Positions 49,370 to 60,013 of a DNA stretch of 64,000 nt are shown piece after piece. Source of the stretch: a virus. The notes beneath the pieces are model-generated. The model saw only the letters and a program-made list of their open reading frames with translations. It was not told the origin of the DNA and did no database searches. Where the stretch lies: positions 44,412-108,411 of the IMG/VR virus record IMGVR_UViG_3300029448_008324. The stretch is one strand, 5' to 3'. The translations under genes and the position numbers were made by a program. Each line of letters opens with the position of its first letter. The first letter of the stretch is position 1.

Positions 49370-50527
49370 TTAACCACCAACGTGTGATTCGTCTGTGCCG
49401 AAATCTGTGGCGGCTGTGCTACCAATTGGTTCCATACAGTCGAATATTGTTGTAAGAGCAACGCCAAATGCATCTAACACTGTGGCAGTTCCTACACCAT
49501 CAGATCCTTCTTGAAAATCGGTAGCTGATGAATCTGTAGTCAGTGGAAAAGAAGACGCTGTTGAATTGGGGAATCCTGATTTTGCAAAATTGTTATTAAC
49601 ATAACTTATTGTTGTAAGGTGATCATCATCGGTGGGTGTAGCTGCGGATGACACCACGCCAGCAACCTGTAGAGTTGATGACAGTTGTAGTGGTGATGTG
49701 ACTGATACACTTGAAGAATCTTTAGCTGCAATCTGATCAACTGTGATGTCATCATTTAATGCAAAAGTTACTCCTGTGCCTGCAACTGTTGGGGTGATCG
49801 AATTGCCTGCTCTGAATTCTAAATCGTTAGTGCCTAGTGTGAGTGTTGATGCATTAGAAGATGAATCCGATATTGTAATTAAGGTTGATATATCAACATA
49901 TGCTTTAATTGATTGTTGTGTGGCCAGTGCGGTTGCTGAATTGGATGACATGTCATCCTCATCAAGTATTGTGCTGACTGCAACTCCGCCTTGAAAACTA
50001 AAATTGCCTGCCACAATTAGTCCATCATTGACAGTGACTGCTGTTGAATCAGATGCTGATATTGTGCTGACATCAAGATTAGATATCCGCACTGCACTGG
50101 AATCTTCAGGTATAATTTCGTTCACCGACACTCTATCTTTGAACACAACAGCGGTAGATCCTTCTGCTGTGATGCTACCTGAAACATGGAGGTCATCATT
50201 GATGAATACTCCACTGGAGTCATTAGAACTAATTGTGTTTGTATCAATTGTGTCAACGCTTAGAGTGCCTGATACGTTTAGATTGTCAGTCACCTGGACT
50301 CCAGTTGAATCAGCTGAGAATAATGTATCAATATCTCCTTGATCAGCAAACTCTATTGCTGTGCCAGATGCATTAACACGCATCACCTGTCCGGCTGATC
50401 CAATAGTGAGTGCAGCTCCTGTGCCACCATGTGTTAATGGAACAGTTTCGCCTGTTTGGAATTCACCAAGACCGGTAGCAACATTGCTACTATCAAATAC
50501 GACTCTTACAGGTGTTTTATCAGTCAT
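49370..50527 (-). CDS. Fibre-like virion protein with DS[S/T] beta-repeats
   Basis: TATAAATA 6 nt upstream; HGGTGA, repeated I.S.DS[ST].V.I.D.L.V units, ATALATQQSIKAYVD. Confidence 0.75.
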   Translation of the reverse strand: MTDKTPVRVVFDSSNVATGLGEFQTGETVPLTHGGTGAALTIGSAGQVMRVNASGTAIEFADQGDIDTLFSADSTGVQVTDNLNVSGTLSVDTIDTNTISSNDSSGVFINDDLHVSGSITAEGSTAVVFKDRVSVNEIIPEDSSAVRISNLDVSTISASDSTAVTVNDGLIVAGNFSFQGGVAVSTILDEDDMSSNSATALATQQSIKAYVDISTLITISDSSSNASTLTLGTNDLEFRAGNSITPTVAGTGVTFALNDDITVDQIAAKDSSSVSVTSPLQLSSTLQVAGVVSSAATPTDDDHLTTISYVNNNFAKSGFPNSTASSFPLTTDSSATDFQEGSDGVGTATVLDAFGVALTTIFDCMEPIGSTAATDFGTDESHVGG

Positions 50528-50546
50528 GTGTGATATTTATAGTGAA

Positions 50547-51419
50547 TTAAAATTGAAACAGAGTCACTGTATCTTGTTGTGTTAGGTTAGTGCCATCGGT
50601 CAGTGTAAAGGTTTGCTGTGCTTGTGTATATACAGGTTCAGTGTCAATAGTAGCATTGAACTCTAGTTCGATATCTGCCGTTTTAGATAACAACTGAGCA
50701 TCTGTAAATGTTGTGGATCCATCACTTACAAATACCTTGACTTTTTGAATTGGCCTTGCTCCAGTGCCTGCTGTGGCACCAACAATTTGGAGTTTGTTGT
50801 TTTCCACTTTGCTGTTTGCTGGCAGTGTTGCTCCTGTGGCAGAAATAGATATTGCTCCAGAACCATCTGATGAAATTGTTGCTCCGCCTATGTCTATTGT
50901 TTCACTTGCCAAGAATGCAGTTTTCCATCTTCTAGTTGGTGAGCCTAAATCATACGTGTTGTTGGAAGCAGGTATAAGATGTCCGTCAAATTCAAATCCA
51001 ACTGCACTGTCGTCAATGGTAAACGTGTTGCCTGCAATTCTAATGTTTTCAATTCCCACGCCAACTGTGCTACTATCTTGCACAGACAATTTGGTTCCTT
51101 CTATTTGTAGGTCACCTAGATCAGCCGAGCCTCCGCCGCCGCTTATTGTAATTGTTTTTGTTGCGCCATCACCAGTGACTTCGACTGCTGATCCAACAAA
51201 GTTTAGTGTGGTGGCAGCGGTGGATAAAGATGATCCTTCATCTTGGACTGTGAGAGAACTGCCTCCTCCGCTAGTGGTGACTATCGTGCCACCTGGAGTT
51301 ACACCGTCGCCTATTCTAAGTTGCCCAGTGACTGTGTCATGAGCTAGATATGTGTCTTCAATGACATGTGTGGTAATGTCTCTGTTTTTGAAGGATCCTT
51401 TTATTTTTCTAAAGGCCAT
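50547..51419 (-). CDS. Fibre/tail-associated virion protein
   Basis: LRIGDGVTPGG, TVQDEGS..LNFVGS, IPASNNTYDLGSPTRRW. Confidence 0.75.
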   Translation of the reverse strand: MAFRKIKGSFKNRDITTHVIEDTYLAHDTVTGQLRIGDGVTPGGTIVTTSGGGSSLTVQDEGSSLSTAATTLNFVGSAVEVTGDGATKTITISGGGGSADLGDLQIEGTKLSVQDSSTVGVGIENIRIAGNTFTIDDSAVGFEFDGHLIPASNNTYDLGSPTRRWKTAFLASETIDIGGATISSDGSGAISISATGATLPANSKVENNKLQIVGATAGTGARPIQKVKVFVSDGSTTFTDAQLLSKTADIELEFNATIDTEPVYTQAQQTFTLTDGTNLTQQDTVTLFQF

Positions 51420-51428
51420 TTTGGATTT

Positions 51429-51749
51429 CTATTTCAGTTCATCAAGCAGTGCTTTAAACTGTGCGAGTTCATCTGTTTCTTCGTTGACATCATCTTCTGC
51501 ACCCACTTCTTCGTCATCATCAGTAAGTTCATCAATTACTGGTGATTCTTTGCCTTGTGCAGCTTTGGCTAATTCAACTTCTTGTTGCAGTGGAGACACC
51601 ATTACTTTTTCTGCTTCTGATTCATCTCCTGGTGATTTGTCGTTGTCTGCTACAGAAACTTTAGGATCACCACCGTCTTGCGGTATGGTGATGTTGATTG
51701 GTATTTCAACTTTGATGTCACGTTCTGTAATAAAATCAGTTGCTCGCAT
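51429..51749 (-). CDS. Small acidic late protein with capsid-targeting-like N-terminus
   Basis: MRATDFITE; TAAATA at 51760-51765 (-). Confidence 0.65.
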   Translation of the reverse strand: MRATDFITERDIKVEIPINITIPQDGGDPKVSVADNDKSPGDESEAEKVMVSPLQQEVELAKAAQGKESPVIDELTDDDEEVGAEDDVNEETDELAQFKALLDELK

Positions 51750-51831
51750 GATACAAAACTATTTATTATGATCCTAAAGGGCACACCAAGGTTTAGTTGA
51801 CAGATACTGTGTGTTCGTGTATTATATATTC

Positions 51832-52230
51832 ATGTTGCTTTTGTTGTTTTTCTTGTTAATGGTAAAACATTTTATCTGTGATTTTGCATTGCAGGGTAGA
51901 TTTACAGGACCTAACGACAAATATCTAATCACATCACGTAGATTAAGACTGCATGCATTTGATCACAGTGTGGGCACTGCAATGGTATTTTTGTTTGCGT
52001 CAAGTTTTACATTTGCCCAACATCATGCTGTGTGGACCAGCATCGTGCTGTTTGCTGTGTTAGATCACATAGGCCATACTGTGATTGATTGGTTAAAAAA
52101 TAACTTTGTAAAAGCAAACAATATGCAACACAGTGACAGACAATTTTGGATTCTGACTTCGTTTGATCAAATACTCCATGTGTCAACATATTTTGCTTTT
52201 GTGTTGCTCTTTGACAAATTATACTTTTAG
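51832..52230 (+). CDS. DUF3307-like membrane protein
   Basis: KHFICDFALQ, H..DH, H..IDW.K, FW....DQILH; TTGACA-17-TATTAT 6 nt upstream. Confidence 0.75.
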   Translation: MLLLLFFLLMVKHFICDFALQGRFTGPNDKYLITSRRLRLHAFDHSVGTAMVFLFASSFTFAQHHAVWTSIVLFAVLDHIGHTVIDWLKNNFVKANNMQHSDRQFWILTSFDQILHVSTYFAFVLLFDKLYF

Positions 52231-52245
52231 TTTATAATAAGATAA

Positions 52246-53193
52246 ATGTTTGCTGATCTCAAACACACACTAGAGTCGCATCTTCCTGCTCGCAGAAAAA
52301 AGACACCATCAGGATGGATATCTTTTGATGCTCCTTGTTGTCAACATCAAAGTGAATCGCCAGACACAAGACAGCGCGGAGGCATCATGTATTCAGGCGA
52401 TGGGTCTGTGAATTATCACTGTTTCAACTGTGGTTTTAAAGCCAACTACACTCCAGGTAGATATTTGAATAATAGATTTCGCAAACTGCTGACATGGATC
52501 AATGTACCTACCAGTATCATTTCAAAACTTGCCATGCAAGCCATGGCCATATCGCAGGAAATAAATCCAGAACAAAAAAAACTTGATGATGAAATAAAGT
52601 TTGACACAATCAAATTACCAGTAGATGCTGAACCCATACGCACCAATCAATATCTCATGGAACGTGGCATTGTGGATGTGCCACACACATTCTATGAAGC
52701 ACCCAAGTCAATGAAAGACAGAGTGATAGTGCCTATTCGTTGGCATCACAAGTTGATTGGATATGTTGCTCGTGCAACCAAAGATCAATCACCCAAATAC
52801 TTTGCACAGGTACAACCTGGGACACTGTTTAACTTGGACAACCAACATTGGTCAAGAAAGTTTGTCATCCTGGTAGAAGGAATATTTGATGCTATCCAAA
52901 TTGATGCTGTGGCCATACTTGGATCTGAAATTGCACACAAACAAAAACTACAGATTGATGCATTGAATAGAAAAGTTATTGTGGTGCCAGACAGAGATCG
53001 TGCAGGCACTAAACTAATTGAACAAGCATGTGAATGGGGTTGGTCAGTGAGCATGCCTCCATGGGGTGACAACATCAAGGATGTCAATGATGCTGTGCAA
53101 CAGTATGGAAAGATTTTAACCATGCAGGCCATACTCAAATACACAAACGATAGCAAAACAAAAATCAAACTACAGGAGAAACTATGGATCTAA
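52246..53193 (+). CDS. DNA primase (Zn ribbon + TOPRIM)
   Basis: PCC..HCFNC; VEGIFDA; PDRDRAG; KDVND. Confidence 0.88.
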   Translation: MFADLKHTLESHLPARRKKTPSGWISFDAPCCQHQSESPDTRQRGGIMYSGDGSVNYHCFNCGFKANYTPGRYLNNRFRKLLTWINVPTSIISKLAMQAMAISQEINPEQKKLDDEIKFDTIKLPVDAEPIRTNQYLMERGIVDVPHTFYEAPKSMKDRVIVPIRWHHKLIGYVARATKDQSPKYFAQVQPGTLFNLDNQHWSRKFVILVEGIFDAIQIDAVAILGSEIAHKQKLQIDALNRKVIVVPDRDRAGTKLIEQACEWGWSVSMPPWGDNIKDVNDAVQQYGKILTMQAILKYTNDSKTKIKLQEKLWI

Positions 53194-53729
53194 GTGCTGG
53201 CCTAAAAAAAGAATACAGTCAAGGACTGTGGACATTTGAACAAGCATTAGATGATGTGCAAAGTAATTCTGTGCTAGAGTCAATTGAGAAACTTGATTTT
53301 AAAGACAGTACAAAACAAAACAACCCTGTGTTTAATTACAAGTTTAAAAAATGTTTGCAACCAAAACACAAGTTGGTTGATTATATTCATTCAAACAAGT
53401 TTCATAAATTTATAGAGTACCACACAGGCATGACTGTGAACAGCACTTTGAGTTGTTGGGCCAGTGCTTATTCACGTGGACACTATCTTACTCCACACAG
53501 AGATTCTGTATCTAAAAGAAAAATAACTTATTTGTTTTATTTCCATAGAGGTTGGCAAGCTGAATGGGGAGGCAACATTGCATTTGATAGACAAACGCAT
53601 TGGCAAATGTTTGTTCCACAAATGGGCACATTGGTTTTATTTGATGTTGATGGATATGAAAATCGTCACATGGTTACAGAAGTGGTTGCTGATCAAACCA
53701 GATATGCACTTACAGGATGGCTTACTTGA
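53184..53729 (+). CDS. 2OG-Fe(II) oxygenase (prolyl-hydroxylase-like)
   Basis: PHRD, WQAEWGG, HMVTEV, RYALTGW. Confidence 0.85.
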   Translation: MDLSAGLKKEYSQGLWTFEQALDDVQSNSVLESIEKLDFKDSTKQNNPVFNYKFKKCLQPKHKLVDYIHSNKFHKFIEYHTGMTVNSTLSCWASAYSRGHYLTPHRDSVSKRKITYLFYFHRGWQAEWGGNIAFDRQTHWQMFVPQMGTLVLFDVDGYENRHMVTEVVADQTRYALTGWLT

Positions 53730-54556
53730 CTACATTCAAAATGAAAACGCCTCTTAGATATCCAGGTGGTAAATCAAGAGCAATGAAATTCCTTGGAGAA
53801 TATTTTCCACAAGACATTCAATCATATGTGGAGCCATTTGTAGGTGGCGGTTCTGTGGCGCTGTGGGCCACACAACAATATCCTAATGCATACATGCATG
53901 TGAATGATGCTTATTATCCATTGTATTGCTTTTGGAAAACATTACAAACGGAAGGCAAGTCTATGGCCATGCGATTAGAAGACATTAAACGGGGCACAGG
54001 AGATGATGAAATTGCACAACGTGATCTGTATGCCAAAGCACAACAATGGATGCACGACGACAGACAGGACCCTTTTGTTGTGGCCTGTTCCTTCTATATT
54101 GCCAACAAGTGTTCCTTTTCAGGTTTGGCCACCTCTTCATTTAGTAAACAAGCCTATCACGGTAACTTTACAATAAATTCTATCCGTAAGTTGCCCGACT
54201 ATCAGCAGTTGATTGCCAGTTGGAACATAACCAATTTAGATTACTCTTATTTCATGCATGGGCATTATGACACAGACTTTATATTTTTAGATCCACCCTA
54301 CGACATCAAATCTTTTTTATATGGTAAAGATGGCGACAAACACAAAGGATTTGATCATAATGAATTTAAATCTCACGTTGATAATATTCAAACCAGATTT
54401 ATGATAACATACAATGCAAATCCAAAATTGATTGATCTTTACTCAACATATCATTGTTTGCAATGGGATTTAAAATACACCATGCGTTCAACTGGCACAT
54501 ACAGACAAGATCAAAAGGACAGAAAGGAACTGTTGATTACTAACTATGAAAGGTAG
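53717..54556 (+). CDS. Dam-like D12-class N6-adenine DNA methyltransferase
   Basis: PLRYPGGKS, EPFVGGGSV, FLDPPY, ELLITNY; start may be 53741. Confidence 0.92.
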   Translation: MAYLTTFKMKTPLRYPGGKSRAMKFLGEYFPQDIQSYVEPFVGGGSVALWATQQYPNAYMHVNDAYYPLYCFWKTLQTEGKSMAMRLEDIKRGTGDDEIAQRDLYAKAQQWMHDDRQDPFVVACSFYIANKCSFSGLATSSFSKQAYHGNFTINSIRKLPDYQQLIASWNITNLDYSYFMHGHYDTDFIFLDPPYDIKSFLYGKDGDKHKGFDHNEFKSHVDNIQTRFMITYNANPKLIDLYSTYHCLQWDLKYTMRSTGTYRQDQKDRKELLITNYER

Positions 54557-54568
54557 TATAATATAACT

Positions 54569-55984
54569 GTGGAGTATACAAAAGAACTACAAAAACTATT
54601 CTTAGAAATGTTTCTTGCAGATGCACAGTCATTTGTGAGAGCACAGAACATCTTTAGATATTCACACTATGATGCACAGTTGCGAGAGCCTGCAAAATTT
54701 ATCTATGAGTATGCTAACGAATATAAAACACTGCCTGATGTTGAAATGGTCAATGCCAAGACAGGTGCAGACTTGCAGTCAGCGGCAGACATTGATCCTA
54801 AACACTTTGATTGGTTCCTTGATGAGTATGAAAGATTTGCAAGACACAAAGAACTAGAATCAGCCATCCTTGCTTCAGCAGACATGTTGGAAAAAGGTGA
54901 GTATGGATCTGTTGAAGAAAAGATCAAGAAAGCAGTGCAGGTTGGACTGACCAAAGACATGGGTCTGGACTACTTTGAAGATCCGAAAGCAAGATTACAA
55001 GCACTGAAAGACAACAATGGTATGGTGCCCACTGGTTGGAAAAACTTTGACAAGAAACTGTTTGGTGGATTCAACAGAGGCGAACTGAATATATTTGCTG
55101 GTGGATCGGGTGCTGGTAAGAGTTTGTTCTTGCAAAACTTGGCATGCAACTATGCTGAACAGGGATTGAATGTGTGTTACGTCACACTTGAGTTGAGTGA
55201 AAAGCTTACAGCAATGAGAATAGATGCAATGATGACTGAGACTCCAACACGTGAAATATACAAAGACTTAGACACAGTGGATCTTAAAGTTAAGATGAAA
55301 GCAAAAACATCTGGCAAGTTGAGAATCAAATATATCCCCGCTGGTGCCACTGCATTAGATGTGAGAGCATACATTAAAGAGTTTGAAATACAACACAGTT
55401 TACAATGTGATGTAATACTAATTGACTATTTGGATCTGTTGATGCCGATGAATAAAAGAGTGTCGCCTAGTGATTTGTTTGTTAAAGACAAGTATGTGTC
55501 TGAAGAGTTGAGAAATGTTGCTGTGGATATGAACTGTTTGTTGATCACAGCATCGCAGTTGAACAGAGCCAGTGTTGAAGAAATTGAGTTTGATCATTCG
55601 CACATCAGTGGAGGCTTGAGTAAAATACAAACAGCAGACAATGTGATTGGTATCTTTACAAGTAGAGCAATGCGTGAACGTGGCAAGTATCAGATACAGT
55701 TTATGAAGACAAGATCCAGTTCTGGTGTTGGACACAAGGTAGACTTAGAGTTCAATGTGGACACACTGCGTATACTTGATCTAGCAGAGGATCAAGAATA
55801 TCAATCATTCAAGAAGCAAGCGCCAAGCATCTACAACAATTTAAAAAGAACATCCACAGTGACAGCAGAAGTCAAAGAAGAACACAAGTCAGATGAACCA
55901 CTCAAGGATGACATTGGCAAAGTAAGAGCCAATGTTGAATCATCTAAAATCAAAGACCTAATCAAAAATCTTGGCAAAAACTAA
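54569..55984 (+). CDS. Replicative helicase (gp41/DnaB-like)
   Basis: GGSGAGKS, TLELSE, IDYLDL, ASQLNR, KTRSS. Confidence 0.92.
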   Translation: MEYTKELQKLFLEMFLADAQSFVRAQNIFRYSHYDAQLREPAKFIYEYANEYKTLPDVEMVNAKTGADLQSAADIDPKHFDWFLDEYERFARHKELESAILASADMLEKGEYGSVEEKIKKAVQVGLTKDMGLDYFEDPKARLQALKDNNGMVPTGWKNFDKKLFGGFNRGELNIFAGGSGAGKSLFLQNLACNYAEQGLNVCYVTLELSEKLTAMRIDAMMTETPTREIYKDLDTVDLKVKMKAKTSGKLRIKYIPAGATALDVRAYIKEFEIQHSLQCDVILIDYLDLLMPMNKRVSPSDLFVKDKYVSEELRNVAVDMNCLLITASQLNRASVEEIEFDHSHISGGLSKIQTADNVIGIFTSRAMRERGKYQIQFMKTRSSSGVGHKVDLEFNVDTLRILDLAEDQEYQSFKKQAPSIYNNLKRTSTVTAEVKEEHKSDEPLKDDIGKVRANVESSKIKDLIKNLGKN

Positions 55985-56018
55985 TTACCAACATGATGTT
56001 TGGGAATAATTAAATTAG

Positions 56019-57476
56019 ATGGCAGCCACAGAGCAAACAATTGAACAAGTCAATGCACTAGGCAACAGTGAATACAAATATGGATTCTCCACTGATGTAG
56101 AACAGATCCGTCCTCCTAAAGGATTAAATGTAGACACAGTAAAATTTATATCTGCACAAAAAAATGAACCTGCATGGATGCTTGAATGGCGGCTGAAAGC
56201 ATTTCAAATTTTTAATAATTTACAAAATCCGGATTGGGCCAAGTTAAACATTCCAGAAATTGATTTTCAAGATTACTATTATTATTCATCACCAGCTAGT
56301 CTTAAAGACAAACCAAAGTCACTGGAGGAAATTGATCCTGAAATTTTAAAAACTTATGAGAAGCTGGGCATTCCTTTAAAGGAACAAGAAAAATTATCAG
56401 GAATAGCTGTGGATGCTGTGTTCGACTCTGTGTCAGTTGCTACAACATACTCTAAACAATTAAGCGAACTAGGAATTATCTTTTGTTCTATCTCAGAGGC
56501 TGTGCAAACACATCCTGATCTAGTGAAAAAATATTTAGGCAGTGTGATTCCAGTTTCGGATCACTCCTTTGCAGCTTTGAATTCAGCAGTGTTCACTGAT
56601 GGCTCTTTTGTTTATATTCCCGAAGGAGTTAGATGTCCTGTAGAACTTTCTACCTACTTTAGAATTAATGCAATGGAAACAGGTCAATTTGAAAGAACTC
56701 TTATCATTGCAGACAAAGATAGTTACGTGAGTTATCTTGAAGGATGCACTGCTCCTATGAGAGATGAAAATCAACTGCATGCAGCTAATGTCGAGTTGGT
56801 GGCTCTAGACAATGCTGAAATAAAATATTCCACAGTGCAAAATTGGTATCCTGGAGATACTGAAGGCAAAGGTGGGATCTATAATTTTGTTACCAAAAGA
56901 GGAGCCTGCAGAGGCATCAACTCAAAAATATCATGGACACAGGTTGAAACTGGCTCTGCTATTACTTGGAAATATCCTAGTTGTATTTTACAAGGAGACA
57001 ATTCCAAAGGTGAATTTTATTCAGTGGCCATTACAAACAATATGCAACAAGCAGATACTGGAACCAAAATGATTCATATTGGTAAAAACACTTCTTCTAA
57101 AATTATATCTAAGGGTATATCTGCTGGTAAGGCAAACAATACATACAGAGGTTTAGTCAGCATATTGCCTAAAGCTTCCAACTCAAGAAACTTTACCCAA
57201 TGCGACTCATTGTTAATTGGCAACGAGTGTGGTGCTCACACAGTGCCTTATATTGAATCAAGCAATTCTGATTCAATGGTTGAGCATGAAGCAACAACAT
57301 CTAAGATCAATGAAGAACAATTATTTTACTGTATGCAGAGAGGTTTGAACAGTGAGGATGCAATTGGTTTGATTGTAAATGGATTTTGCAAAGAAGTGCT
57401 ACAACACCTACCAATGGAGTTTGCTGTTGAGGCACAAAAACTAGTTGCTATCAGTTTAGAAGGCAGTGTTGGATAA
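56019..57476 (+). CDS. sufB: Fe-S cluster assembly scaffold SufB
   Basis: [59 protein letters not shown]. Confidence 0.97.
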   Translation: MAATEQTIEQVNALGNSEYKYGFSTDVEQIRPPKGLNVDTVKFISAQKNEPAWMLEWRLKAFQIFNNLQNPDWAKLNIPEIDFQDYYYYSSPASLKDKPKSLEEIDPEILKTYEKLGIPLKEQEKLSGIAVDAVFDSVSVATTYSKQLSELGIIFCSISEAVQTHPDLVKKYLGSVIPVSDHSFAALNSAVFTDGSFVYIPEGVRCPVELSTYFRINAMETGQFERTLIIADKDSYVSYLEGCTAPMRDENQLHAANVELVALDNAEIKYSTVQNWYPGDTEGKGGIYNFVTKRGACRGINSKISWTQVETGSAITWKYPSCILQGDNSKGEFYSVAITNNMQQADTGTKMIHIGKNTSSKIISKGISAGKANNTYRGLVSILPKASNSRNFTQCDSLLIGNECGAHTVPYIESSNSDSMVEHEATTSKINEEQLFYCMQRGLNSEDAIGLIVNGFCKEVLQHLPMEFAVEAQKLVAISLEGSVG

Positions 57477-57535
57477 TGAGTGGCATAGAAGAATATGATT
57501 CATTAAACATTGATGAAGTGTTTCAACGCAAAGGC

Positions 57536-59227
57536 TTAGTTGTAAAATTTATCAATAGACACTGATTCACATTCAATGGCTTCAATGTAATCTGAGTTGT
57601 TGAGATGTTTGATTCTACCAATACCACGTACCACATCATTGTCAGAATATGAAAAGGGTCGATTTACAGTGATATCTACGTAATAGCCGTTGTCTACTCC
57701 TAGTGTGACAAATGTTACATACTTCTTGTTTCCAGCTTTGTAGACCCTTCCATTCGCAATTAAACCGCAAAATTCTACACGGTCAAGATACAGATGCTTG
57801 GTATAGAAGCCTGGTAAGAATGATTTGTTTGACCACCAACCATATTTCTTGTATTGATACACAGGATCGTCCCAACGATCAGTTTTGGAAATGGTTGTGG
57901 GTTCCAGTCCAGCTCGTTTGGCTTCTGTTTTATACACCCAACGCTTGTAGGATCCTTTGCAGTGTTTGAGAGCACCTTTCCAAAATCCTTGCACATTGTG
58001 TGCCTTCTGATAGGCCAATGCCCATATTAGTCTGCCCAAGTTCACAGCATGGGCTCTGCACAAACCAAAACCACTCAGTGATTGCAGTGTGCGAAATATT
58101 TCATCCTTGCGTGGATGATCACCCAGTCTGGTCATGAACTCCATCACCCGTTCTTCATTCTTTTTAGCAAAGGCCCTGCGATACATGTCTGCATCATAGT
58201 GATTGCATCCAATCAGTTTGGATATCTGCATGATGGCATCATCTTCACACACCACCACATCCGATATCCTGTCCGAAGTCCAATCATTGAAAAAGGCTGC
58301 CTTGCGTCTACCTTCCATGGCCACTGGACGTATCAGTGCTGTGGCAAATACACAGTCAAGCATTGACTGTGGGCGAATGGCTCGGAACAGTCTTCGCATG
58401 GCCGGAGATTCTCCCTGGGTAACTCCCAACACGTCTCCCCGACTCAACAAAGACGAAGTAGCCTCGTCGATCTCTGGATATTCGAATAACTTTGTTGTTG
58501 GATCTATTTCCAGCAGTTGGCTCAGTCCTCGATTGGCTAGGATGTCTACTTTGAGATGTTCGAGATCCTCCACTTCGTTTTTGTCCAACAGTATCTGATT
58601 GGTTTGTGATATTAAAGATTTTGGTAATTGCCTTGTAAACATTAAGATGCCTCCACAGTGTTTTGATATACATTTCTTTTTGCCTTTCAATTTGTTTTCT
58701 ATTCTTTTTGCCTCAATGGGATCAACTCCCAATTGTTCGTATGTGAACTTCCTGGGCAAGCGTCCCCGGTACCCTAATCTCTTAGCTGCCTCGCGTCTAG
58801 CTGACTTGTCTTGATACAAAACATAGTTTGATATCCTTGCTGACTTGCCTGGCCATTTTTTGAATATGCGTTCCATTACTTCTGTCTGACGGTGGTGTGG
58901 ATAGTCAATGTCCACATCCGGCAGATCGTCTCGCTTGGGATTGAGGAATCGAGCCACAGGAATGTCCCACTGCATGGGGTCAACATCAGTGATGCCCATA
59001 AGGTAACACACCAGACTGGATCCTGCTGATCCTCGAGTCATGTGAGGAATGTCTTGAGTAATATCAAGAATATCACGGATTTGTAGAAAGTAATCTACAA
59101 ACCGGAGATCAAGAATGATCTCAAACTCCTCTGCAAGTCTTTGTTGGTATTCTGGTGTTGGGGGACAGGTACGTGTGAAACGTTGAGTAAGTTTGCCTAT
59201 AAGTTCTATCGCCTTTACGTCTTCCAT
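57536..59227 (-). CDS. PHP-less DnaE (PolIII alpha)-like polymerase, 563 aa
   Basis: RGSAGSSLVCYLMGIT, FLNPKRDDLPDVDID, KHCGG, KVDIL, IRP, RAHA, C-terminal OB-like FVTL. Confidence 0.85.
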   Translation of the reverse strand: MEDVKAIELIGKLTQRFTRTCPPTPEYQQRLAEEFEIILDLRFVDYFLQIRDILDITQDIPHMTRGSAGSSLVCYLMGITDVDPMQWDIPVARFLNPKRDDLPDVDIDYPHHRQTEVMERIFKKWPGKSARISNYVLYQDKSARREAAKRLGYRGRLPRKFTYEQLGVDPIEAKRIENKLKGKKKCISKHCGGILMFTRQLPKSLISQTNQILLDKNEVEDLEHLKVDILANRGLSQLLEIDPTTKLFEYPEIDEATSSLLSRGDVLGVTQGESPAMRRLFRAIRPQSMLDCVFATALIRPVAMEGRRKAAFFNDWTSDRISDVVVCEDDAIMQISKLIGCNHYDADMYRRAFAKKNEERVMEFMTRLGDHPRKDEIFRTLQSLSGFGLCRAHAVNLGRLIWALAYQKAHNVQGFWKGALKHCKGSYKRWVYKTEAKRAGLEPTTISKTDRWDDPVYQYKKYGWWSNKSFLPGFYTKHLYLDRVEFCGLIANGRVYKAGNKKYVTFVTLGVDNGYYVDITVNRPFSYSDNDVVRGIGRIKHLNNSDYIEAIECESVSIDKFYN

Positions 59228-59238
59228 TGTCTTTGCCT

Positions 59239-59287
59239 TTGTTGCCTTATCGAGCCTGAGTGTTGCCTCAAACAGTAAACGTATTTA
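59239..59287 (-). promoter_or_regulatory. Late promoter plus leader with four AGGC repeats
   Basis: Minus strand reads TAAATA..GAGGCAACACTCAGGCTCGATAAGGCAACAAAGGCAAAGACAATG. Confidence 0.55.
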
Positions 59288-59321
59288 TGTTTTTACGGAT
59301 TGCTGATTTAAGTTTTTGGAA

Positions 59322-59543
59322 TTACTGCCAAGGTCGACCAGGAGTCAATGGAGTTGAGCCATCTTGCATCAGTTTGCGATCATTGGCATTATTTTTGCCT
59401 CCTGATGAATACAGTGTGGGCATCTGTGCTTTCTTCAGTGTGGAACGTTTGCCATCAGCAGATCTTTTTGTAGCTGCTAATGCAAGTTTTTGTTCTTGAC
59501 GCTGTCGCTTGTTTGCAAGATGAGATATTCCGTTGGCGCTCAT
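59322..59543 (-). CDS. Small basic late protein (MSANGIS..GRPWQ)
   Basis: TAAATA 5 nt upstream. Confidence 0.7.
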   Translation of the reverse strand: MSANGISHLANKRQRQEQKLALAATKRSADGKRSTLKKAQMPTLYSSGGKNNANDRKLMQDGSTPLTPGRPWQ

Positions 59544-59568
59544 GCAAATATTTATTTTGTTGTTGTGT

Positions 59569-59994
59569 TTAGATTTGGATGCCTACTTGGAAAGATTGAT
59601 CAAAATATTCTGACCATCTCATCTTCCACCAAGTGTAGTCTGCATCAGATCCTACAAACCAAAACTGATGATGTTGTGATTCTTCATCCCAGGTGACCTT
59701 GAGCCAATCTGATTGATCACAGTCATGAAGATATTCTCGTGATTGAATGTACTGTTCAGCTGCTGACGCCACACCGTCTTCGCCGTCATACTGAAACAGA
59801 CTGCTGGCAGCCACTGATGATGATTCGATCAAACGATCAAATAGATCCAACTGAGTCTTGGGTTGCCATTGCCAAAGTGCAAAGTTCTCGTCTGTGCCTA
59901 ATGTGAAGGTGTATGATGCACCTGATGGTATGGCATAGTCATGAGGATCATATGATACTGCGACCACTTCTGAACTGCACTGGCTCATACACAT
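59569..59994 (-). CDS. Hypothetical protein
   Basis: 141-aa ORF in a minus-strand run. Confidence 0.6.
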   Translation of the reverse strand: MCMSQCSSEVVAVSYDPHDYAIPSGASYTFTLGTDENFALWQWQPKTQLDLFDRLIESSSVAASSLFQYDGEDGVASAAEQYIQSREYLHDCDQSDWLKVTWDEESQHHQFWFVGSDADYTWWKMRWSEYFDQSFQVGIQI

Positions 59995-60013
59995 AATTAT
60001 GGAGGTGTTGCGT

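Noticed and set aside
49743-51771. Several plus-strand ORFs of 74-192 aa
   Set aside because: Antisense to Ser/Thr/Gly-rich virion genes whose codons lack reverse stops.
56019-57476. Interpretation as bacterial chromosome or contamination because of sufB/kdsA
   Set aside because: Host-like genes are single, interleaved with phage core genes and lack their usual operon partners.
57476-57565. 29-codon ORF coupled to the sufB stop
   Set aside because: No SufC similarity; runs into the 3' end of the opposite gene.
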